A stretch of 64,000 nucleotides of DNA from Bigelowiella natans CCMP2755 (Eukaryota; Protista; Cercozoa). The translations under genes were made by a program, and so were the position numbers. Positions 1-11,189 of this stretch are shown piece by piece. The stretch spans positions 25,580 through 89,579 of the forward strand of contig ADNK01000742.1 of assembly GCA_000320545.1 (NCBI GenBank). Direction: 5' to 3'. Positions within the stretch are counted from its first letter, which is position 1, and every line of letters begins with the position of its first letter. The notes under the pieces are model-generated. The model was not told where the DNA came from and ran no database searches. It saw nothing but the letters and a program-made list of their open reading frames with translations.

Positions 1-2745
1 AGTGCCACTTTCCCACCTTTCCGGATGTTTTCCTGTCGTCGTTCCTTTGACGACAGGAAAGCGCGGACAGATTTGTTCCGACCTTCCTTTTGCATTGAAC
101 AAAGGAAGGTGCAAACGAACATCCTTTCCTTTTTTTGAGCAAAGGAAGGATGAACAGAAGGCAGTTGTTTTGCAAATCAAGGGGGGGTTGGGGATTGCCT
201 TCACTTCTCTTTCCTTTCCCCTCCCCCCCTCTCGTCCCTTGCATTCCCCTTTCGTGTTTTTGCGGGTGTGTGGATGTTTTTGTGACACTTTTCTCTTTTT
301 GCGGATTGACCGCCTGTGTTCTTTCGGGTTTTGCTTCGTTTTCATGGGGATCAACCCCATTTTGAGAAAACAAAATGGTGCTTGATGCACAAAGCTTGTT
401 TTTCATGAATTCGCTTTTCGAATTTTCGATTTTTTCGTGACCGAAATTGATTCGGTGCCAAGTTTGCAAATTGGGGAGGCGGATGGCTGCTCTTCGTGAG
501 AGCTTTCCTCCTCGTGATCGTGGCGTCAGCTGCCACGAGTGATGCATTCTGACATCAGTGGTGCAGATGCAGTTGACGGTGAAGCGGATGGCTGCACTTC
601 CGTTCGGTTCGTGAGCAGAACGAGCGGAAGGTCCGAGCATGCATCGCCACTCACCGTGCAACTTGAGCATTGCAGCTGGTTGTGCAGGATCATCGTGGCA
701 GGCCCTGCCCTGAGCCACCGAATCGAACTGCACGTGCGTTGCAGTGAGTTCGATTCCGGAGCTGTTGTGCATTGCACAAAGCAACGGGAGGTTTTTGCGG
801 CCATTGGCGCTTCCTGCCCATGCATGCATTGCATGCATTCAAACTTGCAGCTCGACCACGAGTGAGTGCAAGCTTCCAATGGCGGCAACGCATGTGGTGG
901 CCTGCTTGGTTGACGAGGCATCACATGCGCAGCATCGTGCATCGGTTTGCCCGTTGTGGAAACGTGCATGTGTGCATGCGCGTCAGTCAATTTGCCAGTT
1001 TGGGAGGCGTGTTGATGCTCCCACGTTCGCGCAAGTTTGACATGCATGTGGTCGACATGCAAGCGAGCATGAACCGAGGAAATTGGCAAATCAACTGTGC
1101 ACGTTGTGGCAGGTGAAGCGGCACAAGTGCGACAAGCATTGCCTTGGCACTTCAGCCTGCCGCGACAAGGAATGCACACACACACACGTCGCGCGACAAG
1201 GATCAGCCTTGTCGCGGCCCAGAAATGCAATGAAATCATGTTTGTTCTCTGACAAGCTTGACCTCCATGAAAGGGCGGTCAAGCACACGCATGACTTCAT
1301 CACAGTTCAACCTGAACACCGCTGCCCACTCGTTTGCCACCTTTTGCTCACTGCGCGCACATCGCACCGCACCCAACCGTTCAATGATGGAGGATGTTTT
1401 GGAGCAGTTTGGGGACTTGGATGTTCGTGATGGCCGACGGGTTGCAAAACACGTCTTGCACTGCGACGGCATCGATGAAAACGTGGATGACTTGGTCAAA
1501 ACGATGACCAATGACTTGGAATCGCGGGAGTTTGCACTTCATCGTTGCATGGATGAAGGGGCAACTTTGCGAACTTGGGCCTGCATGCTCAAGAAAAGTG
1601 GAGACCCGGACCATGCTCCACCAGGCACGCTGGAGACGAAGGAGCGGAAGGCCAAGCAGCAGCCTTCAGTCCGGGATGTTGCGGGCGCCATCGACTCGTT
1701 TCAAGAAAAAGAAAGAAGAAACAACATCCAGGGAAACCAGCACACACACGTCGCACCAGGGGCAGGGTTGCAGCAGCTAGGGCTGCGACCTCTTCTTCTA
1801 GCAGCAGCAGCAGCAAGTAGCATTGTCATGTTCACAGTGTCATCATCGATTTCGACATCTCATCAACTCTGCAAGGAGATCATTGTTGCTTGATTTTTTC
1901 ATGTCACATGTGCACATGCTGAGCTGTTGGCGCACGCAGCAAGCAACGCGCAGTGGCTCATGTCGGCTGCTGATTGGCATTGTGCAAGTGCCAACATGCC
2001 AGAAAGTGTTGCGCTACATTGCAGAAGCTTGCAGATTCACAATGTCTTCACTGTCCACGTGTGTTGCAATTCATTGCAAATTTGCAGTGTGTTGCATTTC
2101 ACACTCAAACATTGCAAATTTGCAATGTTCTCAATCGTCATCTTGCCAGAGTGATGTGTGCATGCATGGTCATCACCCGCCTGTCTCTTGCATGTGCACC
2201 AGTGCGCACTGTCATCTGAGCACGCGCACATGCGTGCAGCATGCAGCTGCGGTAGTTTGATCACATCGGCAATTGCTTGCACACACCCAGACTTCACACA
2301 CGCGGTGGCCTCGATCATCGATGGTGCGTCACATTTGCTTGAGTTGATGACGGATCAGCAGGCCCCATTTTTGCAGATGACGACTTTCCATGAAAAATCC
2401 AGCGCGTTCAGCATTTCAATTCTTTTTTCATGCGGACGTCGGCATTCGCTTGCTCTGCATCTGCTGATTGTCCATCTTTGTGGAACAACACAGGCTTTGA
2501 AAATTGAAAGAGCTGAGACAAATGCTGAATTTTCATGAAAGTGTGGCGGGAACTCTCGTTTCATGTGATGCAAAAATGATCAAAATGCTTGCACAAGTCC
2601 CCCAAAACTCAAGCTACGCAGGCGCAGGAGAAGCGAATGTCAAAGTCCGCGTGAAAAAAAAATGAAAATTCGTGGTGCTGGCACATTGCAAAGTCGCTAT
2701 TGCTCAGGATCAGAGGGAATGGGGGCTGCTGATCCGTCATCAACT
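1..2745. other. TpA-depleted island (hypermutated gene-like or repeat sequence); runs off the window start
   Basis: No TA dinucleotide found by eye in 1-1777. Only 7 in 1778-2745, all in CTA or TAG context. TG/CA are abundant and CpG is retained. Normal TA frequency resumes at about 2749. Confidence 0.9.
1258..1893 (+). pseudogene. Degraded gene-like ORF inside the TpA-free island, product unknown
   Basis: The 211-aa ORF has no Tyr. Its core (RVAKHVLHCDGIDENVDDLVKTMTNDLESREFALHRCMDEG) reads as ordinary globular protein if some H/C/M are reverted to Y/Y/I. No family recognised. Confidence 0.35.
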
Positions 2746-3069
2746 CCTTATTACGTCGCACAATATTTGTGCGATCCCATTGAGGTATTAGATACGATGG
2801 ACCATGTTACAGTTTGAGCATACTGGCGCCTCTACTAATAAAGATGCTTGCATTTTTGTCCATTTATCACTGCTTCGCTACTCTCAGCCGTGGACTTTAT
2901 GTGTGGCTCGCATGTTGTGTTCAACCCCACAAATTAGAATACATTGTGCCTTCAACGGTTCCATGCATAGCACAGCTTCACAGTGTAAGAAAACTTTATT
3001 AATATGAGTTTCTGACTGGCGCGCATTTACCATGCATACCATGTACAAATATTTCCATCATTTAGGAGA

Positions 3070-3472
3070 GGGTATGAGCTACTTTTGCAAGATTCAGTGT
3101 GGATGATTTCGATGATCCCGTTGAAGAGGATGCGGGGGAGAAGTTCATTTGGCTATTTGCATCCATTTCTATCAGTATGAAAAAATTTTAGTTAAGTGCG
3201 CATGTACAGCGCGCGTAAAAGCAGCAAAAAGTACACACTGAACTACACACACTTGTGTTTTCTTTTACTATGCATATTAACACAGGCTACTGCTACTACT
3301 ACTACTACTAGTACTACTACTACGACTACTACAACTACTATTCTATTTCTACTACTTTTACTACTTTTATCTCCGCAGGGGCAGCACTGGTTTGTCGCAT
3401 CGCCTTTGTGGTAATGCCTGGGGGCATAATGGTGTCAGGATGTGAGACAGACTGGTCAAAGTATTGTTCGGC

Positions 3473-3507
<35 letters not shown>

Positions 3508-3873
3508 ATATTCCTAAGTTCATATTAAATCATTTTTCTTTGTATATCTCCTCATTTTCTCCTCTGGATCGTGCGTGCGTGCGTGCGTGCGTGCGTGGAA
3601 AGAATTTTCCCGTATGACAAGAATCACCTGGCATGGTCTACGACTTCAAGAAGAGACATAGCATCGATATTGGATACATTTTGGTGAAGTGAATTTGCAA
3701 TCTCGATCGCGGCCATGGCGTGCTTAGCCTAAAAAGTGTGCATATTTTTATTATTTTATGTTGTTGTGCGCGTGTTTGGGTTTGAGAGAGAGTGGGCATA
3801 AGCTGCACACAGTAGAGCACTAGAATGGTGTGGATATTTTAGGAGAAAATGACGAAACAAGTTCTCTATCATA

Positions 3874-3931
<58 letters not shown>

Positions 3932-4528
3932 CACAGTGATAGCAAATTAATGTTGCAGCAGCGCCATAACAACACCTGGTCGCATGGACAGCATCCTTCT
4001 CCTCCATCGTTGCTGTCCCTTCCGTCCTCGCATGTTGCTCTCTGACACGTGCATTGATTTATTAGATTGTGTGTGAACTTTTTAGTTTTGCTTTCTCACC
4101 AAAAATTAATCGAATCATGTTTGCGCAACTAGCGACGACCTGACACTGTAGTTTGCATTTAGGGCGTGGGCAGGATGTTGGTTTCTTGCATTTCCATTTG
4201 CACACTAAAAACCACAACGACAATAACAATAATAAGAACAATAGTATCATGATGACGATGTCTTCAACCATACTTAACTACGTAATGATGGCACTGCAAA
4301 AACATTTTAAAATTGCAAAGCAAAATTGATTGTTACGATTATATGACTATACGTTGTTGTGAATATATACCTGGCGTCTCGCAAACGGGCGCGCAAACAG
4401 GGTCTGGGGTTTGGCATTCCGTGTGACATTCTCCAGGGGCACATATCACTTGGCACTGAATAATAACACAAATTATGTGCTGATGGTGGGGTACACGCTA
4501 TTGAATTTTAAATGTGCTCCTTACAATG

Positions 4529-4581
<53 letters not shown>

Positions 4582-5309
4582 TGTTTACCTAGCTTTACTC
4601 AATATATGTTTTTTATTTTTACATATACATATATGCGTGTGTGTATGTGTGTGTGTTGTGCAGACTAAAACACATCGAACCTTCGGGCACGCGTTCCTCT
4701 CGCACATATCCTGTAATACATTCAAATTATGCGTGAGTTGATGCATATATCTATGCTCCGACAATTGAAGCACACTGATGACGTAGTAGTTATTGCCTTT
4801 CTACCTTAGGACAACGGATGCTGCAGACAGGTTTTGCGCAGCGTACTTTACACCTTGCACATGGCGTTTGTTCGCAGCTCACCTAAGCAGAAAAGGAGTG
4901 ATGAATCGGGTAGCGGGGAAGATATGAAAGAGGACAGGCAGGTCACTATCGATATGTTTGGCGCCCAAGTTTGAGGGTCACACATTAGCCTAATGATGAT
5001 TTACCCTCTTGACCAACATCATATTTAGGATTTTAGAGTTATAGCTTCACCTCACACTTAGGCGTTTCGCATATTGGGTGACACATCGCAGGGCACTCGG
5101 GGTCATTGCAGGCCTTTAATTATTATACGTACAAACAGGAATGAATGTGACAAAACTGCTGCCGAATAAGGGACACTTAATCATCATTTTATTTGATGAT
5201 TGACAATTTTCTAACAGCGTTCCTATCTTGTATGACAAACACGTACACTCTGACACACTCGCACATGCACACACAAAATGAAGAGATAACGTACGAAAGC
5301 AAGATAGTA

Positions 5310-5346
<37 letters not shown>

Positions 5347-5746
5347 GACGTATATATTCACCTACCCATCGACAGATCGGATGACAGCCACCGCTAGCGG
5401 CCTGTGTGCGACGACAAAGAAAGAAGCAAATATTCAATTGGGATGTTGATGTTGAAAAAATAAGTATTTGAGAAGGAGAGAAGAAGGAATGAAGAGAATA
5501 AACGTTCGTATTTTTCGAACATGATTTTCCTGCTACATCAGAGATTATTTGGAAAAAGCTAATAATATGCTACTTAAATGGATTCGTCTGTTTATTTTCG
5601 GTATGAAGTCTATACAACATATACAAACTATTCATTGCCTACAGAGCTTCGAGTTCTCACCCCAACTGCAGGGTCTTCATGGACAGCCTACGATAACATA
5701 TGCAAACTCATTAAAAATAATATGAATATAATATATTATGTGCAGG

Positions 5747-5789
<43 letters not shown>

Positions 5790-6136
5790 TGTTGATGTGT
5801 GTGTGTGTGTGTGTGTGTGTTTATGTAATATTGCTTTGGAATCATAGGCAGCCAATTCCATTAATAAAGGCGGCTGACCTGAAATCTGGGCATTTGCTGA
5901 TCTTCAGTTTCTGACCTCTTCATTACGGTGTTGTCGAACTCCTAATTTGCACAACATAATTAATTCATGGTGTTGGTCGGCGATTTCAAAACATTACTAT
6001 GTATTGTAATGTGTTTTAGACGTACCTCATCTGTGTGTCGGTGCATGTCACTTCTATGCGGGTATGCTTCTGTGATCATGGGTTCCACAACAAGGAGCAT
6101 TGCTAGTAGAACTGCAGGAATAGGCCCGGTGATCAT
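3070..6136 (-). CDS. Secreted cysteine-rich repeat protein (multi-exon; 3' end approximate)
   Basis: ATG at 6136 gives a signal peptide (MITGPIPAVLLAMLLVVEPMITEA). GT-AG exons spell CHPICRW/ACNDPECPAMCHPICETPKC/VSCEQTPCARCKVRCAKPVCSIRCPK/DMCERNACPK/CQVICAPGECHTECQTPDPVCAPVCETP/CKWKCKKPTSCPRPKCKLQCQ, followed by two CCPC-containing exons. Confidence 0.75.
3873..3928. repeat. Compound (CA)n(GA)n intronic microsatellite, one of many in the window
   Basis: Read directly. Similar (CA)n, (GA)n, (TA)n, (CAT)n, (CTA)n and (GCA)n tracts occur in many introns. Confidence 0.95.
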
Positions 6137-6539
6137 TTTACTTTGGTCAATTTTTTAGTAGGATTAGAATAAGATCTGAATCTCCCTGTCTGTGCACTAA
6201 GGTCCTTCAGAAGGGCGAAAATAGTTGGGGGCGGCTGGCTCGCTGATTGATGATTCAAATTTTTAAATCAGCTAAGTTCGACTGCAACTTTAAAAAAGCG
6301 CCGAATTCAAATCGAAGCCGATTTAATTAATTCTTGATTTTTTTCGAGCTCTACGAGGTACTCGTAGATCTAGATCTATTGCTAGATTGGTTCACAATGA
6401 ATTTGAATTTATTCTTTGTCTTCCAATAAAAATCAATGGGAAATGGCTCAACCATCGTCTGCTCAGCCCAGCTCCTGACAATTAGGGTGCAATCCAATCC
6501 ACACTTTTTGAAATTCCACAAATCACGTAAATTGCGGTG

Positions 6540-6660
6540 GGATTTCCTAGGATTTCCTAGGATTTCCTAGGATTTCACTACTGGTTTTGCGTTACCAAAA
6601 ATGAGCCCCCAAAACCAATTTTCGCAAAACCAGTGAAATCAGGAAATCCAGGAAATCCTG
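6540..6660. repeat. Imperfect inverted repeat built from GATTTCCTAG 10-mers
   Basis: Left arm is (gatttcctag)x3 gatttcactactggttttgcg at 6541-6591. Right arm 6623-6660 reverse-complements to caggatttcctggatttcctgatttcactggttttgcg. Spacer is about 30 bp. Confidence 0.8.
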
Positions 6661-6858
6661 AATTATTTCGAAAATTTTAGCCAGCAGAATGAGGAAAGGT
6701 TTGATGTAGATCTATTCCGTACAACATTGTGACCGTTGATATCAATATTCTTTTATGATGAATAAATGTCATTAGTTAGTTAGTTAGTCTGTTCTTTAGT
6801 TCGCATCCTTGACTTCCCAGCTATGTTAGACTGTGCACAACACAGACCACCAGATTCT

Positions 6859-6890
<32 letters not shown>

Positions 6891-6980
6891 CAGTAACACT
6901 TTCCTCAGATTTTTATAACTCCTTCTCTGCCGAGTCAGCAGTCCGCCCTCCCCTACTCTGAGCCTTCCTCATAAGAGAAT

Positions 6981-7096
6981 ATGAGCAAGCTTATCAGCTC
7001 CGTCAAGTGCTTTGGGGGTGCGGTGCAGAAGTTTGTGCATCAGGTGGACCATGATTTCGCAACAAATAATGTAGCACTGACACATCTCTCTCTTTA

Positions 7097-7146
<50 letters not shown>

Positions 7147-9110
7147 TTCTCTCCTAGAGCAAGGTGGTGCAATGTGAAATGACCTTTACGGCATTTGTTC
7201 CCTCGAAAGCAGCAGTACAAAAGGTCAGATGTGAGGCAATATAATCCAAAAACAATTGTGTATTAGTTGGCCCGCGATGTCAAGCGCATGTGATGTTCAC
7301 TCGTGAGTCTCTAGGTGCTGAGAAGAATGATAATCCACGGATAGGTTCCCGCCCTCTACTATCTCTCCGGGCTGACTTGCTCGCCAGAGAACTTTATCAC
7401 GAAGGTAAGCAGCAGTAAAAATAGTAATGAACGTATGTTTAGGGGGAGAGGGGATGATAACACACTCGATAGAAGCCATTCGCAAAATCTAATCTTCGCG
7501 AAAATTGCTGTATTTGTAAGGCTGGTGCATTTGCTGCCGCGGAGAAGCATGGCATTGCTTTAATTGCCCCTGATACGAGCCCAAGAGGTCATTCAGAACC
7601 CAGAACCGAAACTTTTCAGGAGAGCATCCTCACTCGTCTCCCTCTAACCTATAAATACGTGAATTTTTCATATGATCCTGCTTAGACGTTAACATTGAGG
7701 GCGAAGATGATTCCTACGATTTTGGTTCTGCTGCCGGTTTTTATGTGGACGCCACAGAGCCCAAGTATAGCTTTGATAATATGATGACGAAAATGTCAAC
7801 GAAGGATGTTATCCACCTTCTCCTAATCATCCTCCTCTTCCTCTTACTTCCCTGACGATTTTTCAATAGGTGGGCGAAGCACTATAACATGTACTCATAT
7901 GTGGTGTCGGAGCTTCCAGAGGTTGAGCACACGGCCGCAGCCGCTTCACCTATCATGTCACCTTGTTGCTTTCGCACGTTTGTTGATTATTTATACAATT
8001 GGTTCAGCTCGTGGAAGAGCACCTACCCTTAATTGAAGGCAACAAATCGATATTCGGCCACAGCATGGGAGGCCATGGCGCACTGACGATGTATGTTGTT
8101 GTATCGCATACTAATTGTCAATAGCTGAGATTGTATTACGCGCTGCATTACAGATACCTCAAGAACCCAGGCGCGTACAAATCTGTGTCGGCATTTTCTC
8201 CAATCTGCAATCCAACGGACTGCCCATGGGGTTCGGTCGCGTCATAACATCAATCCGCATTGATAACAAAAACATCGTGATTTGTTGCGAGACGCTACAT
8301 TTCAAAACTATTGCTATTCCAGACTCCTAGAAGCATTGTGGAGTGACAGTCCGGCTTCAATGACCCTATTTTCATCGTAACTACCATTAGGAGTGAAAGC
8401 TTTCTCTGGCTATTTAGGAGAGGATAATATGGAAGTAAAAAGGGAAAGGGGGTGAAAACGGCTCTGCTTTGTGCGATGGATCGGAATGTACATTGCATAA
8501 TCTTTACGACTACCTTTCGGCTGCGAAAATAGGCATGGGGGGATTACGATGCAACGCTGTTAATGGAGAAATATGGCGGGCCGAAAACGCCTATCCTTAT
8601 CGATCAGGTACCATGAATTCATCCAATACTTGACTTCACATATTATTATCTTGTTATATTTTTGAGTGTGTATTTGGATGCAAAGGCAGATATAGTATTT
8701 GGGTATATTATTATATAAATTTCTACTCACGCGTGTGTATTAGGGATTGGATGACTCATTCCTGGTCGAACAACTTAAACCGGATAGTTTCAAAGCAGCA
8801 TGTAGCAAGGTATGTACTATTATGTGCAATCAAGAGCATGGGATCACAAAAAACATTTCAAACATTTGAGTACGCATATGCCAATATATTACCACTGTAA
8901 TAGTAAACTAATTTGGCAATCGCTGCTTTAAAATTTTGGGCTGCTATCACGAGAAATCGTATTTTAAAAATCAGCTTCTTAACTATTTTATCATAGAGCG
9001 GCGTTCCACTAAATCTTCGCTTGCAGGAAGGGTATGACCACAGCTATTTTTTTATTTCGACATTCATTGCTGACCACGTCGATTTTCATGCCAATGCATT
9101 GCTGAAGTAA
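6981..9110 (+). CDS. ESD: S-formylglutathione hydrolase / esterase D (about 12 exons)
   Basis: Spliced exons read [70 protein letters not shown] (catalytic Ser motif), [17 protein letters not shown] and [20 protein letters not shown], ending at TAA 9108-9110. Confidence 0.95.
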
Positions 9111-9309
9111 TTTCGTATAGAGGGAGTTAGACATTAATTAAGGCATATGAGTTTGTGCTCGATCTTAGCATAGCTCGATATTCGGTCACATCTAGACATT
9201 GCGACATCGCATCTTGCCGTTCATGCGTAAGAGACAAAGTATATACTAAAGCACATACGTGTCTCTAACTTGAATATCCCATGAAACACATCAGTGCTAG
9301 CACTATTAC

Positions 9310-9695
9310 CACAACACACAAGTGCACATGCATCCATGAATGATGCACATGCACTTGAAAGGGATTCTAGTACGTGCACAAAAGTGAGAGACAGAGTGTG
9401 TGCTAAAGCATGTGCGTGTCTCTGCTAACATCAACATGTGCATCGCACATCTGGACATGGCTTGACATGCTTTGTTCATGTGAGGCACAATGACGCGCAG
9501 CGTTGTTCTTTGATGCCATGGCCGGCACAGCTAACCCGCTTTGCGCATGCATGCATGTCTACAGCTAGATGTGCTCAGAACAGAACATGCATTGCAAAGA
9601 ACAGGTGTGAAAACTGCACGTGTTCGCATGCGCACGTGCGTGCGCCATGCGTAGCCCATGTGGGGCCATCTAGGAAACGAGCATGTGTGTGTGCA
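9310..9695. other. TpA-depleted island containing a diverged local duplication
   Basis: 9 TAs, 8 of them in CTA/TAG context. 9384-9423 is a copy of 9227-9266 that differs only by A/G and T/C transitions. Confidence 0.8.
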
Positions 9696-10358
9696 TTATT
9701 TTCATCGAAAAATGATGCGACCCCAATAACGGAGTTTGAAAAAAATGTAATTGGTTCATTTTGAAGAGCGCAACCAGCCTTTTCGATTGCGCCCAACCTC
9801 GATTAGCTCCACCCCGACGCATGATTGCCGAGAAAACTAATTTTTTGTGACGTACGATACGAAAATGTGCGCGTTTGACCAGGTTGTGACGATAATTGCG
9901 ATGAAAATTCAATCACTGATCATTGCGCATTCTTCCGTCCCATTTGGATGCAACTCTGTGGTCTAGACTGCAAATATACAAATTAGAAACTTACGGTCGT
10001 CGGTCAGCACGCTATGCGCACGTACAGCTTTCACATTGACAAGCAAGTGACATGCATGCATGATGACATCCATCACAACATTGCGTGGCGATATACAGGC
10101 AATTCTAATAAGTAAGTGCGTGGGTCGCGTGCTCTCACGTAACGATCAAGCATCTACAGTGAATAAGCATAGATATAGACGACATGCCAGAAACGACGTT
10201 GTGACGCACGGTGATATAGCATGTAATCATACCAATCTACTTAAACTATCACTCAAATCAAAATCCATGTGCCAGGCATAACTCATGAGCTATAATTCTT
10301 AATGATAGTAGATTTTCATCTCTACTAGTATGATAAATAAACGTTCGCTCCAAAGAAG

Positions 10359-11048
10359 TTAGGCAACGAGATCTTTCATATCTCCATTAGATCCCGAAGG
10401 AACATTGCTGCTTTGTGCATCGTCAGTACAATGGTGGACAATTTTAGCAGAGAATGGAGGAAGTGCCATGCAAACCCAAGCTACCATTGTGAAGTAAAAT
10501 GCGGCATCAGGGCCATACTCCACATTGGTCCAATAACCGGTTGGGGAGGAGCTTTTGAAAGAATCATTCTTGAAGGCTGAAAAGCAGCCACTAGACCACG
10601 AAATCCAGCATAAGAAGCCAAATAGAGCCGATCCCGCTGCGAGACCCAAACGCAAATAAAATGCCCACTTCGCCGCACTTCCAAATCTAGGATGTATAAA
10701 GCAAATAGCAGAAAACATAGCGAAGACAGCGGCTATAAAAAGCATGGCAAAGCAAGCATCCGCTGTAGTCTTGCATTTCTCACAGAAATCTTGGGTGCAG
10801 CTGTGATCGTTGTATGCATACGTATACTTGAAGTCTTGCCAACCATTTGGGCAGTTGTCTATGCATTGAACGTCATAACGAAAGTCCAAAAGTCCAAATT
10901 GAACCAACAGCTGATACTTTGTGGATCCTTGGGAGTGCTGTTGCTTTCCCACAGCCCATGGCACATGGTTTCCTCCTTGCGAGAGGAGGTAGAGGACTGC
11001 TCCCCCAATGGATAAAGTCATTGCAAGATTATTTGCGTACGTAGTCAT
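10359..11048 (-). CDS. Intronless four-TM protein, claudin/PMP22/amastin-like fold
   Basis: 229-aa ORF with four hydrophobic segments. The first extracellular loop has W...GLL...C...C, resembling the claudin-superfamily signature. Confidence 0.7.
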   Translation of the reverse strand: MTTYANNLAMTLSIGGAVLYLLSQGGNHVPWAVGKQQHSQGSTKYQLLVQFGLLDFRYDVQCIDNCPNGWQDFKYTYAYNDHSCTQDFCEKCKTTADACFAMLFIAAVFAMFSAICFIHPRFGSAAKWAFYLRLGLAAGSALFGFLCWISWSSGCFSAFKNDSFKSSSPTGYWTNVEYGPDAAFYFTMVAWVCMALPPFSAKIVHHCTDDAQSSNVPSGSNGDMKDLVA

Positions 11049-11189
11049 CTCTTTCCTAAACCTTACAGGGGATAATGAAAATCAGATGCATGTTTCTCAA
11101 TGGAATATTGCATCTATTATAGAAAACTGTCCAAAAACAGCAAAAGAAGTGCAGGACAACCCCATCTCTACGTTGATACCCTTTCATAT

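Noticed and set aside
526-2573. Many overlapping H/C/M-rich ORFs in all six frames
   Set aside because: Loss of TA removes TAA/TAG stops and Tyr codons, so long spurious ORFs are expected.
1-2745. CpG-methylation deamination as the cause of TG/CA excess
   Set aside because: CpG is plentiful in the islands. The missing dinucleotide is TpA.
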